This document shows, one piece after another, positions 15,821-25,147 of a stretch of 64,000 bases of DNA. This stretch comes from Microvirga sp. (GTDB lineage: Bacteria > Pseudomonadota > Alphaproteobacteria > Rhizobiales > Beijerinckiaceae): NCBI GenBank assembly GCA_036742625.1, contig DAINQO010000003.1:2478-66477 (forward strand), written 5' to 3'. Position 1 is the stretch's first letter, and the number at the start of each line of letters is the position of its first letter. The notes under the pieces were generated by a model that searched no databases, was not told the origin of the DNA, and saw nothing but the letters and a program-made list of their open reading frames with translations. The translations under genes and the position numbers were made by a program.

Positions 15821-18800
15821 ATGCCGGCAAAAGCAAAGGCGAAGGCGCCGGAGCGCGACCTGTTCGACGAGGCCGGCGCGCTCGTCGCGAGCGCCGGGCG
15901 GGACGTGCCGCGGGAGTTCGTCCGCACGCTCTTCGGGCGGGTGCCGGAGGAGGACCTCGCGCCCTACTCGCCGCAAGCCCTCGCCGACCTTGCCGCGACC
16001 GCCTACGAGCACTTAAGCGCGCCGCGCCGGAACGACGGCGCCGATCTGCGCCTCATCGACCGCGAGGTCGAGCGCGGCGGCGGGCGGCGCGACATCACGG
16101 CGATCGAGGTCGTGAACGAGAACATGCCGTTCCTGCTCGATTCGACGCTCGCCGAGCTCGTCGAGCAGGGCTACGAGCCGCGGCTCGTGGCGCATCCGAT
16201 CCTCGGCGTCGAACGCGACGAGAGCGGCGCCCTGGCGCGCCTCGTCGGCGAGGCGACCGCGGCGGCCCCGGTCGGCGCCCGGCGCGAGAGCTTCATCCAG
16301 ATCCACCTCGACCGCGTCGACGACGAGGCGGCGCGAGGGCGCCTCGTCGAGGGCCTGACCAAGGTCTATGCCGACGTCGCCGTCTCGGTGCGCGACTGGC
16401 CCGGCATGCGGACCCGCATCGCCGAGGCGATCTACTCCTATCGCGCCAATCCGCCGCCGCTGCCGGCCGACGAGGTCTCGGAGGCGGTCGCCTTCCTGGA
16501 CTGGCTCGCCGACGACAACTTCACCTTCCTCGGCATGCGCGAGTACCGCCTGCCCAAGGGCGACGCCGCCGCCGATCCGGTCGAGGCTTCCGGCCTCGGC
16601 CTGTTGCGCGACCCGAGCGTGAAGGTGCTGCGGCGCGGCGGCGAGCTCCTCACCATGAGCCCGGAGATCCGCGCGTTCCTCGCCCGCCCGAAGGCGCTCA
16701 TCAGCACCAAGGCGAACGTCAAGTCGCGCGTGCACCGCCGCGTCCATCTCGACTACATCGGCGTCAAGCTGTTCTCGGCCGAAGGGCGCCTGCAGGGCGA
16801 GCTGCGGATCATCGGCCTGTTCACCGCGAACGCCTATACGAGCTCGCTCAACGAGGTGCCGTATCTGCGCCACAAGGTCGCCAAGGTGACGACGCGCGCC
16901 GGCTTCGACCCGGCGAGCTACGCCGGCCGCGCGCTCCTCAACGTGCTCGAGAACTATCCGCGCGACGAGCTGTTCCAGATCGACGAGGAGACGCTCTACC
17001 GCTTCGCGATCGAGATCATGAACCTGTCCGAGCGGCCGCGCATCCGCGCGCTCGCGCGCCCGGACGAGTTCGACCGCTTCGTCTCGGTGCTCGTTTTCGT
17101 GCCGAAGGACCGCTACGACACCGCCGTGCGCCGGCGCATCGGGGAGTACCTCGCCCGCGCCTACAAGGGCCGCATGTCGGCGGCCTATCCGAGCTACCCC
17201 GAGGGGCCGCTCGCCCGCACCCACTACATCATCGGCCGCGACGAGGGCGCGACGCCGCAGATCCCGCAGGAGGAGCTCGAGGCCGGCATTGCCGCGATCG
17301 TGCGCACCTGGGCCGACACGCTTGCGGCAGCCCTTGCCGAGACGATCGGCGGCTCGCAGGCGCGGGCGCTCGCGGCGCGCTACGCCGGCGCCTTCTCGGC
17401 CGCCTATCGGGAAGCCTTCGCGGCCGAGCAATCGATCGCCGACATCACGATCCTCGAGCGCCTCTCGGACGAGCGCCCGCGGGCCGTCAACCTCTACCGC
17501 CGCGACGGCGATCCCGACACGCGCGTCAACCTCAAGGTGTTCTCGCGCGGCGCCTCGCTGCCGCTGTCCGAACGCGTGCCGCTGCTCGAGAATCTCGGCT
17601 TCAAGGTCGTCAACGAGCGCACCTATCGGGTCGACCCGCCGGGCGGCGACGACGCCGGCCGGATCTGGCTCCACGACATGGCGCTCGAGCGCGCCGCCGG
17701 CGGCGCCCTCGACATCGGCGCGATCGAAGGCCCGATCGAGGCGACGATCCTGGCGCTCTTCCGCGGGCTCGCCGAGTCGGACGCCTTCAACAAGCTCGTG
17801 CTCGAGGCCGAGCTCGGCTGGCGCGACGTCGCCATGGTGCGCGCCTTCGGGCGCTACCTGCGCCAGATCCGTCTCGCCTTCGGTCAGGATTACCTCGCCG
17901 CGACGCTCGCCCGCCACGGCGCCATCGCGCGCAAGATCGTCGAGCTGTTCTACGCCCGCTTCGATCCGCGCGGCGCCGACCAACGCGCCGAGGCGGAAGC
18001 GCGCCTGCGGGCTGAGATCGAGGGCATGCTGCAGGCGGTCGAGAGCCTGGAGGACGACCGCATCCTGAGGCGCTTCGTCAACCTCGTCGAGGCGGCGGTG
18101 CGCACCAACTTCTTCCAGATCGACGAGAACGGCCTGCCGCGCCAGACCATCGCCTTCAAGTTCGAATGCGGCCGCGTCGACGGCCTGCCGCTGCCGAAGC
18201 CGCTCTACGAGATCTTCCTTTACTCGCCGCGCGTCGAGGGGCTGCATCTGCGCTTCGGCAAGGTCGCCCGCGGCGGCATCCGCTGGTCGGACCGGCCGCA
18301 GGATTTCCGCACCGAGGTGCTCGGGCTCGTGAAGGCGCAGCAGGTCAAGAACGCCGTCATCGTGCCGGTCGGCGCCAAGGGCGGCTTCTTCCCGAAGCGC
18401 CTGCCGCCGGCAAGCGACCGCCAGGCCTGGCTCGCGGAAGGAACCGAGAGCTACCGCATCTTCATCCGCACGCTCCTCGAGCTCACCGACAACATCGTCG
18501 CCGACAAGATCGTGCCGCCGCCCGACACCGTGCGCCACGACGCCGACGATCCCTATCTCGTCGTCGCGGCCGACAAGGGCACGGCGACCTTCTCCGACAT
18601 CGCCAACGCGATCTCGATCGAGAAGGGCCACTGGCTCGGCGACGCCTTCGCGTCCGGCGGCAGCCAGGGCTACGACCACAAGAAGATGGGCATCACGGCG
18701 AAGGGCGCCTGGGAAGCCGTCCGCCGCCACTTCCGCGAGATCGACGTCGACATCCAGTCGCAGGCCGTCACCGTCGCCGGCGTCGGCGACATGTCCGGCG

Positions 18801-20653
18801 ACGTGTTCGGCAACGGCATGCTCTTGTCGAAATGCCTGAAGCTCGTCGCCGCCTTCGACCACCGCGACATCTTCATCGACCCGGCGCCCGAGCCGGCGTC
18901 GTCGTTCGCCGAGCGGCAGCGCCTGTTCGATCTGCCGCGCTCGAGCTGGCAGGACTACGACAAGTCCAAGATCTCGAAGGGCGGCGGCATCTTCCCGCGC
19001 GCCGCGAAGTCGATCCGGCTGTCGAGCGAGGCGCAGGCCGCGATCGGCTTGAAGAAGGCCCAGGCGTCGCCCGCCGAGGTGATGAACGCGATCCTCAAGG
19101 CCGAGGTCGGCCTGCTCTGGTTCGGCGGCATCGGCACCTACATCCGCGCCGCGACCGAGACCGACGACGAGGTCGGCGACCGCGCGAACGACGCCATCCG
19201 CATCACCGGCCGCGAGGTCCGCGCCCGCGTGATCGGCGAGGGCGCGAACCTCGGCGCGACGCAGCGCGGACGTATCGAGGCGGCGCGCGCCGGCGTCCGC
19301 CTCAACACCGACGCCATCGACAACTCGGCCGGCGTCAACACCTCGGACGTCGAGGTCAACATCAAGATCGCGGTCGCAACCCCGGTGCGCGAGGGGCGCC
19401 TCGCCGAGGACGCCCGCAACGCGCTGCTCGCCGAGATGACCGACGAGGTCGGGCGCCTCGTCCTGCGCAACAACTACCTGCAGACGCTCGCGATCTCGCT
19501 CTCCGAGCGGCGCGGCGCTGGCGACCTCGGCTTCGCCCAGCGGCTGATGCAGACGCTCGAGCGCCAGGGCCGGCTCGACCGCTCGGTCGAGTACCTGCCG
19601 GACGACCTGGCGCTGACCGAGCGCATGGCCCGCAGCGAGGCGCTGACGCGGCCCGAGATCGCCGTGCTCCTCGCCTACGCCAAGCTCACGCTCTACGACG
19701 CGCTGCTCGATTCCGGCGTCCCTGACGATCCCTATCTCGGGCGCGAGCTCGAGCGCTATTTCCCGCTGGAGCTGCGCCAGCGCTTCCCGGACGCCATCGC
19801 GAGCCATCGCCTGCGCCGCGAGATCATCGCGACGCAGCTCTCGAACGCGATCGTCAATCGCGGCGGGCCGACGATCATCACGCGCCTCGTCGACCAGACC
19901 GGCGCCGACGCGCCGACGATCGCCGCCGCCTATGCGGCGACCCGCGACTCGTTCGGGCTGACCGATCTCAACATGGCGATCGATGCGCTCGACGGCACGG
20001 TTCCGGGCGCCGCGCAGCTGCGGCTTTACGGCGAGCTGCAGGATCTGCTGATGAGCCGGCTCGTCTGGTTCATCCGCAACGTCGACCTCGTCGGCGCGCT
20101 CGAGGCGGTGGTCGGCACCTATCGGACCGGCATCGCCGAGGTCGAGAAAAGCCTCCCCGAGACACTCTCGCTCGCGGCGCAGCAGGCCTGGGGGGCGCGC
20201 GCCGAGGCGCTGACCGCGCAGGGCGTGCCGCAGGAGCTTGCCCGCCGCCTCGCGGCGCTGCCCGACCTCGTCGCCGCTCCCGACATCGTCTTCGTCGCCG
20301 AGAAGACCGGGCGGCCGGTCGCCGAGGTCGCGGCGAGGCATTTCGCCGTCGAGGCGATGTTCCGGCTCGGCAGCCTCATCGGCGCGGCGCGCGAGGTCAT
20401 CGTGAAGGATTATTTCGACCGCCTGGCGCTCGACCGCGCCATCGACGGCATCGCGGCGGCGCACCGCCGCCTCACCGCCGAGGCGGTGGCGCAGGGCGGC
20501 GCCGGCCCGGCCGGCGTCGAGGCCTGGAGCGCCGCCCGCGGCGCCGAGGCCGAGCGCATCCGCGCCGCCGTCGAGACCATCGCGGCCTCGGGCCTGACGC
20601 TGTCGAAGCTCACCGTCGCGGCGAGCCTCCTCGGAGATCTGGCGCGGGCCTGA
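15821..20653 (+). CDS. NAD-specific glutamate dehydrogenase, large (about 180 kDa) bacterial type
   Basis: 1610-aa ORF with the characteristic catalytic core (…RGGIRWSDRPQDFRTEVLGLVKAQQVKNAVIVPVGAKGGF…ADKGTATFSD…). GGGAGG Shine-Dalgarno before the ATG. Confidence 0.95.
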   Translation: MPAKAKAKAPERDLFDEAGALVASAGRDVPREFVRTLFGRVPEEDLAPYSPQALADLAATAYEHLSAPRRNDGADLRLIDREVERGGGRRDITAIEVVNENMPFLLDSTLAELVEQGYEPRLVAHPILGVERDESGALARLVGEATAAAPVGARRESFIQIHLDRVDDEAARGRLVEGLTKVYADVAVSVRDWPGMRTRIAEAIYSYRANPPPLPADEVSEAVAFLDWLADDNFTFLGMREYRLPKGDAAADPVEASGLGLLRDPSVKVLRRGGELLTMSPEIRAFLARPKALISTKANVKSRVHRRVHLDYIGVKLFSAEGRLQGELRIIGLFTANAYTSSLNEVPYLRHKVAKVTTRAGFDPASYAGRALLNVLENYPRDELFQIDEETLYRFAIEIMNLSERPRIRALARPDEFDRFVSVLVFVPKDRYDTAVRRRIGEYLARAYKGRMSAAYPSYPEGPLARTHYIIGRDEGATPQIPQEELEAGIAAIVRTWADTLAAALAETIGGSQARALAARYAGAFSAAYREAFAAEQSIADITILERLSDERPRAVNLYRRDGDPDTRVNLKVFSRGASLPLSERVPLLENLGFKVVNERTYRVDPPGGDDAGRIWLHDMALERAAGGALDIGAIEGPIEATILALFRGLAESDAFNKLVLEAELGWRDVAMVRAFGRYLRQIRLAFGQDYLAATLARHGAIARKIVELFYARFDPRGADQRAEAEARLRAEIEGMLQAVESLEDDRILRRFVNLVEAAVRTNFFQIDENGLPRQTIAFKFECGRVDGLPLPKPLYEIFLYSPRVEGLHLRFGKVARGGIRWSDRPQDFRTEVLGLVKAQQVKNAVIVPVGAKGGFFPKRLPPASDRQAWLAEGTESYRIFIRTLLELTDNIVADKIVPPPDTVRHDADDPYLVVAADKGTATFSDIANAISIEKGHWLGDAFASGGSQGYDHKKMGITAKGAWEAVRRHFREIDVDIQSQAVTVAGVGDMSGDVFGNGMLLSKCLKLVAAFDHRDIFIDPAPEPASSFAERQRLFDLPRSSWQDYDKSKISKGGGIFPRAAKSIRLSSEAQAAIGLKKAQASPAEVMNAILKAEVGLLWFGGIGTYIRAATETDDEVGDRANDAIRITGREVRARVIGEGANLGATQRGRIEAARAGVRLNTDAIDNSAGVNTSDVEVNIKIAVATPVREGRLAEDARNALLAEMTDEVGRLVLRNNYLQTLAISLSERRGAGDLGFAQRLMQTLERQGRLDRSVEYLPDDLALTERMARSEALTRPEIAVLLAYAKLTLYDALLDSGVPDDPYLGRELERYFPLELRQRFPDAIASHRLRREIIATQLSNAIVNRGGPTIITRLVDQTGADAPTIAAAYAATRDSFGLTDLNMAIDALDGTVPGAAQLRLYGELQDLLMSRLVWFIRNVDLVGALEAVVGTYRTGIAEVEKSLPETLSLAAQQAWGARAEALTAQGVPQELARRLAALPDLVAAPDIVFVAEKTGRPVAEVAARHFAVEAMFRLGSLIGAAREVIVKDYFDRLALDRAIDGIAAAHRRLTAEAVAQGGAGPAGVEAWSAARGAEAERIRAAVETIAASGLTLSKLTVAASLLGDLARA

Positions 20654-20659
20654 TGGGCG

Positions 20660-21883
20660 TCAGCGGCGCAGCATCCGCACGACCGCGTCGCAGAACACTT
20701 GCGCGCCGAGCACGATGTCCTCGTCGGCGGTGTTCTCGGTCCAGTGATGGCTGATGCCGCCGATCGAGGGCACGAACAGCATCGCGGCCGGCATCACGCG
20801 GGCGAGGTACTGGGCGTCGTGGCCGGCGCCGCTCGGCATGCGCAGCGCCTTGCCCGGGCAGCGCGCCTCGGCCGCCGCCGCGATCGCGGCCTGGAGGCTC
20901 TCGTCCATGAGCGCCGGCGTCGACTGGCTCATGATCTCGATCGCGATCGGGCAGCGCCCGTCGCGGTTCGCGTCCTCGACGAGGCGTTGCAGCTCGGCCT
21001 GGAGGCGATCGAGCACGGCCGGGTCGGCGTTGCGGAACTGGAGCAGCGCCTCGGCCCGGCCCGGGATGATGCTCGGCGCGCCGGGATCGAGCGTGATGCG
21101 GCCGCAGGTCCAGACCGTGCGCGGTCCGGCAAGCCCGGGGAAGCGCCGGTCGATCTCGGCGAGCAGGCGCACGAGGGCGAGCCCGGCGTCGCGGCGGCGC
21201 GCCATGCTGGTCGTGCCGGCGTGGTTCTGCTCGCCCGTCGCCGTGAGGCGGTACTGCCAGATCGCGACGATTGCCGTGACGATGCCGATCTTGAGGTCGC
21301 CGCTCTCGAGCGTGTCGCCCTGCTCGATATGGGCCTCGACATAGCCGGCGTGGCGGCCGGCCTCGAACTGCAGGCGCGGCCGGCCGGAAAGCCCGGCCTT
21401 GTCGAGCGCCTCGCGCAGCGGCGTGCCGTCGTAGCGGTTCCGCGCCTTGTCGATCTCCTCCTCGGAGAGCAGGCCCACGAACGAGCGCGAGCCGAGGAAC
21501 GAGCCGAAATGCCCCTCCTCGTCGCACCAGGCCGCGACGTCGACGCCGAGATCGGCGGTCGCCGGGTCTTCGGCAAGCGCGCGGGCGGTCTCGAGGCCGT
21601 AGACGACGCCGAGCGGGCCGTCGAGCCAGCCGGCATGGTTCTGGCTCTCGAGATGCGAGCCGGTGAGCATCTTTGGCCCCGGCGCGCGGCTCGATCCGAA
21701 CACGCTGCCGATACTGTCGATCTTGGCGTCGAGCCCGGCCTCGGCGAGGCGGTCGGCGAACCAGTGCCGCGCCTCGACGTCCTCGCGCGAGAAGGTCGGG
21801 CGGTGGACCCCGGTCTTGTAGGCGCCGAACTTCGCGAGCTCGCGGAGGTCGCCGAGGAGGCGGCCGGGATCGATCTCCGGCAT
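20660..21883 (-). CDS. M20-family Zn-dependent amidohydrolase (allantoate amidohydrolase / N-carbamoyl-L-amino-acid hydrolase type)
   Basis: Track ORF 20660..22063 trimmed to ATG 21883 (MPEIDPGRLLGDLRELAKFGAYKTGVHRPTFS…). The upstream 60 codons of the track ORF read through a repeat element. Confidence 0.85.
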   Translation of the reverse strand: MPEIDPGRLLGDLRELAKFGAYKTGVHRPTFSREDVEARHWFADRLAEAGLDAKIDSIGSVFGSSRAPGPKMLTGSHLESQNHAGWLDGPLGVVYGLETARALAEDPATADLGVDVAAWCDEEGHFGSFLGSRSFVGLLSEEEIDKARNRYDGTPLREALDKAGLSGRPRLQFEAGRHAGYVEAHIEQGDTLESGDLKIGIVTAIVAIWQYRLTATGEQNHAGTTSMARRRDAGLALVRLLAEIDRRFPGLAGPRTVWTCGRITLDPGAPSIIPGRAEALLQFRNADPAVLDRLQAELQRLVEDANRDGRCPIAIEIMSQSTPALMDESLQAAIAAAAEARCPGKALRMPSGAGHDAQYLARVMPAAMLFVPSIGGISHHWTENTADEDIVLGAQVFCDAVVRMLRR

Positions 21884-21922
21884 TGTTTCACCATTCCCTA
21901 AGTGGAGGGCCACCCCAAACGT

Positions 21923-22075
21923 CCTCATCCTGAGGCGCGAAGCCCGCAGGGCTGAGCCTCGAAGGACGCACTCTGCCGACGCAGCGTCGACGGTGTGCGT
22001 GCTTCGAGGCTCGCCGGAGCCTGTCCTCGGGCCGGCCAAAGGCCGGACCCGGGGGGCTCGCACCTCAGCATGAGG
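21923..22075. repeat. Palindromic REP/MITE-like element, family A, copy 1
   Basis: Arms cctcatcctgagg…gcctcgaaggacgcac / gtgcgtgcttcgaggc…cacctcagcatgagg. The right arm carries a nested hairpin (cgggccggcc-aaa-ggccggaccc). Near-identical arms recur at 51258-51407 and 57204-57319. Confidence 0.85.
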
Positions 22076-22110
22076 GCATGGGGGTTTGTGGCACCTTCAT
22101 GGGGTAGACG

Positions 22111-22836
22111 TTAAGCCGCCTTCTTCGGAGCGGCCATTTTCGAAGTCTTCCCGCCGAAGGCGGCGAGGCTCTCGAACATGCCGCGCCCGTCGACGCCGCC
22201 GACGAGCGGATCGACGAGGTTCTCCGGATGCGGCATCAGGCCGAGCACGTTGAGGCGCTCGGAGTAGACGCCGGCGATCGCATTCATCGAGCCGTTGCGG
22301 TTGGCGTCCGCCGTGACCTCGCCTCGCGCATCGCAGTAGCGGAAGGCGACGCGGCCCTCGCCCTCGAGGCGCCGCGTCGTCTCGGGGTCGGCGAAGTAGT
22401 TGCCCTCGCCATGCGCGACGCAGACCTGGATCGCCTGGCCGCTCGCGTAGCGGCTGGTGAAGGCGGTGTCGGCGCGCTCGACCTTGAGGTGCTGCCAGTG
22501 GCAGATGAAGCGCAGATTGGCGTTGCGCATCAGGACGCCGGGCAGGAGGCCGGATTCGCACAGGATCTGGAAGCCGTTGCAGATGCCGAGCACGAGAGCG
22601 CCCTTTCCGGCGTGCGCCCGCACCGCGTCCATGATCTGGGCCCGCCCGGCGATCGCGCCGCAGCGCAGGTAGTCGCCATAGGCGAAGCCGCCCGGCAGCA
22701 CGACGAGGTCGGCGCCGCGCGGCAGCTTGCTCTCGGCGTGCCAGACCGTCGCGACCCTGGCGCCGGCCTGGCGCAGCGCCCGCGCGACGTCGCCGTCGCG
22801 GTTCGAGCCGGGGAAGACGACGACGGCGGCTTTCAT
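22111..22836 (-). CDS. purQ: Phosphoribosylformylglycinamidine synthase subunit PurQ (glutaminase)
   Basis: 241 aa: MKAAVVVFPGSNRDGD…LVLPGGFAYGDYLRCGAI…LGICNGFQIL…HGEGNYF. Canonical PurQ. Confidence 0.95.
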   Translation of the reverse strand: MKAAVVVFPGSNRDGDVARALRQAGARVATVWHAESKLPRGADLVVLPGGFAYGDYLRCGAIAGRAQIMDAVRAHAGKGALVLGICNGFQILCESGLLPGVLMRNANLRFICHWQHLKVERADTAFTSRYASGQAIQVCVAHGEGNYFADPETTRRLEGEGRVAFRYCDARGEVTADANRNGSMNAIAGVYSERLNVLGLMPHPENLVDPLVGGVDGRGMFESLAAFGGKTSKMAAPKKAA

Positions 22837-22892
22837 GGGCAGGCCTCAGCGGGGTTCCGAGACGCGCCCGATAGCACCCTGGCGTCCGCCCG

Positions 22893-23462
22893 TCACGAAC
22901 CCGGCGGGCGGTCGTCGATGTCGAAGCCGGCGATGAACTCGTCGGCGTAGCGCTGCGCCAGCTCGCGCGAGTGCGACATGGCGTAGACGTCGATGAGCGT
23001 GTTGCCGGCAAAGAGGTACACGCGCCGGTCGGACATCGGGCGGCCCTCGCCCGTCTTCCTCACGTCGACGGTGACGGCCGGGAAGTCGCGGATCGTCGTC
23101 GTCTTGGTGCCGAGGACGTCGAGCTTCGTGTAGCCCTTCGAGTCGGTCTCCAGCGTCAGGCTCGCGGCCTCGACCCGCGACGGCAGGGTCTCCCGGGCGA
23201 GCTTCTCGAGGGCGGCGGGGTCGGGCGTGCGGGTCGGGCTGCGGCCGGTGCGCACCCTGACGCCGGCCTTCTCGGGACAGGCGAGCGGCCGGCAGATATA
23301 GATGACGGTGCGCTCGTCCGCCTTGCGGCTCGCCCAGCGGGTGGTGTCCGGCGGCTTGACCGTTGTCCTGGTGCCGGCGCCCCCGGCCGCGAAATCAGCC
23401 GTCGTCTGGCAGCCGCCGAGCGCGAGCGCGCCGGCTAGCGCGGCGCCGATCCAAGGCTTCAT
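22893..23462 (-). CDS. Hypothetical lipoprotein (W-x14-Cx4C family, member 2)
   Basis: 189 aa. Lipobox LALGGC. Motif RWASRKADERTVIYICRPLAC. G/C-biased third positions. Sits between purS and purQ. Confidence 0.6.
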   Translation of the reverse strand: MKPWIGAALAGALALGGCQTTADFAAGGAGTRTTVKPPDTTRWASRKADERTVIYICRPLACPEKAGVRVRTGRSPTRTPDPAALEKLARETLPSRVEAASLTLETDSKGYTKLDVLGTKTTTIRDFPAVTVDVRKTGEGRPMSDRRVYLFAGNTLIDVYAMSHSRELAQRYADEFIAGFDIDDRPPGS

Positions 23463-23606
23463 CGATGTCCCCCAACCCGCAAAGTGTTCTTGTCGGGTCG
23501 CGGTGCGCCGCGATCCCGTGATTCTCGGGTTTCCTAGAGCACGGAAATGCCGAATTGGGAGTGGCGTCGGCGCAACGGTTGCCGGCCGTTTGCGGCGAAG
23601 CCGTCG

Positions 23607-24104
23607 TCAGTTGATCAGGGTGATGTCGAGGAGGCGGGGCAGGAAGCCTTCGAAGTTGTTGTGCGTCCACGCCTTCCCGGGCGAATCGCTGACGAGCGAG
23701 TAGCTGTTCTCAGGGCCGATCAGGCGCGCCTCGATCGAGAAGGTGGTGTTGCCGCTCGCCCAGTCGATCTCGCGGCCGACCTGCATGACGCGCACGCCCT
23801 CGACGGTGCGCTCGCGGACGTCGACGAGGCGCACGTCGCGGATGTTGCTTCGGGCCTTGTTGTGCTCGTTAAGGCCGCGGTGGTGGGCCTCGAAGTCGGC
23901 GAGCGTCAGGGTCGGCCGGTGCGGCTGCCGCTTGTAGCTCACCACCGACCCGGCGGCGCAGATGCGGCTCGCGCAGCGGAAATAGGTGATGCCGTCGCGA
24001 GCCTCCGAGCGCCAGCCCTCGATGGCGAGGACGACCTTGGTCTCCTGCCCGACGGCGACATCCGCCACGAGGACGGCGGCGAGGAGCGCGAGGACGGCTT
24101 TCAT
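23607..24104 (-). CDS. Hypothetical secreted protein (W-x13-Cx4C family, member 1)
   Basis: 165 aa. Signal peptide MKAVLALLAAVLVADVAVGQ. Motif GWRSEARDGITYFRCASRIC. 21 nt downstream of purS. Confidence 0.6.
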   Translation of the reverse strand: MKAVLALLAAVLVADVAVGQETKVVLAIEGWRSEARDGITYFRCASRICAAGSVVSYKRQPHRPTLTLADFEAHHRGLNEHNKARSNIRDVRLVDVRERTVEGVRVMQVGREIDWASGNTTFSIEARLIGPENSYSLVSDSPGKAWTHNNFEGFLPRLLDITLIN

Positions 24105-24125
24105 GGCGAGTCTCCGGGCCGCCCC

Positions 24126-24365
24126 TCAGGACAGCTCGACGCGATAGTTCTCGATCACCGTGTTGGCGAGGAGCCGTTCGCAGGCGTTCTTCAACGCGCT
24201 CTCGGCCTTGCCCTTGTCGGCGGTGTCGAGCTCGACGTCGAAGACCTTGCCCTGGCGCACGCTCGCGACGCCCTCGACGCCGAGCGACTTGAGCGCTCCC
24301 TCGATCGCCTTCCCCTGCGGGTCGAGGACGCCGGATTTGAGGGTGACGGTGACGCGCGCTTTCAT
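24126..24365 (-). CDS. purS: Phosphoribosylformylglycinamidine synthase subunit PurS
   Basis: C-terminal 79 codons of track ORF 24126..25127: MKARVTVTLKSGVLDPQGKAIEGALKSLGVEGVASVRQGKVFDVELD… Canonical PurS. Confidence 0.9.
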   Translation of the reverse strand: MKARVTVTLKSGVLDPQGKAIEGALKSLGVEGVASVRQGKVFDVELDTADKGKAESALKNACERLLANTVIENYRVELS

Positions 24366-24460
24366 GCCGGATCTCGCAGGGGAGTGCTCGGGGCCGGGTA
24401 GCATGCGGCGCGCGCGAGTTCCACCCTGGCTCGGTCCACCCTGGCTCGACGGGAAGCTGG

Positions 24461-25021
24461 TCACTTCAGCTTTGAGGCGACGTCCCGCGCCGTCATGCGC
24501 ACGCCCTCCCGGCTCTCGCCGATGACGATCGCGATGCGCAGCCCGTCCCGGCCCTCGGCGCCGAGCACGACGGCATGCGCGGCGCGCGTGCCGTCCTCGC
24601 GGGCGAGCGTCGCGGAAAAGCCCGCGGCGCGGCCCTCGCGGAGCTTCTCCACTGTCGCGACGGTGCGGATGCCCTTGCGCCGCGGGTTCGTGTCGGCAGC
24701 ATCGCGAGCGGCGAGGAAGCGCACCAGCCGCTCGGGCTCGCGCAGCACGGCCTCGAGCGTGCGCGCCTCCTCGCCGGTGGCGTGGAAGATACCGACGGCG
24801 ACGCGCGGCGCGCACTCCGCCGCAAAGCAGCCGGCGATGCCCTCGGCCTTGACGCCGCGTTCGGCGATCCAGCCGCGCAGCGGCAGCGCGACGTAGGCGC
24901 CGCCGGAGGGAAGCCCCTCGGTGTGGCTCGGCAGGTAGATGCAGCCGGAAAGCGCCGCGGCGGCAAGGCCAAGCGCTGCCGCAACGAGAGTCGTGGAAAC
25001 GAAGGACCGGCGTCGCGGCAA
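24461..25021 (-). CDS. Hypothetical lipoprotein (W-x14-Cx4C family, member 3)
   Basis: 186 aa. Lipobox ALSGC. Motif GWIAERGVKAEGIAGCFAAEC. Immediately upstream of purS on the same strand. Confidence 0.6.
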   Translation of the reverse strand: MPRRRSFVSTTLVAAALGLAAAALSGCIYLPSHTEGLPSGGAYVALPLRGWIAERGVKAEGIAGCFAAECAPRVAVGIFHATGEEARTLEAVLREPERLVRFLAARDAADTNPRRKGIRTVATVEKLREGRAAGFSATLAREDGTRAAHAVVLGAEGRDGLRIAIVIGESREGVRMTARDVASKLK

Positions 25022-25147
25022 AAGCTTCTCCCCGCGCCCGGTCTCGCCCGCGCCGCGCCGCCTGTCCAGCCGCCATTCCCGGCTTGTGCTCAGGCCCGCA
25101 GCCGTGGCCTAATCGCGTGAAGAGCAATACCGGAGGAGGATGCGGTC

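Noticed and set aside
16013-20464. A 1483-codon ORF antisense to the NAD-glutamate dehydrogenase gene, the longest unexplained ORF in the track.
   Set aside because: It is in exact codon register with the sense gene (16013-15821 = 192, divisible by 3). An antisense stop therefore appears only where the sense strand uses TTA, CTA or TCA, which are nearly absent in this GC3-biased genome. The translation is Arg/Ala/Asp/Gly low-complexity with no recognisable domain. It is an expected artefact, not evidence of a gene.
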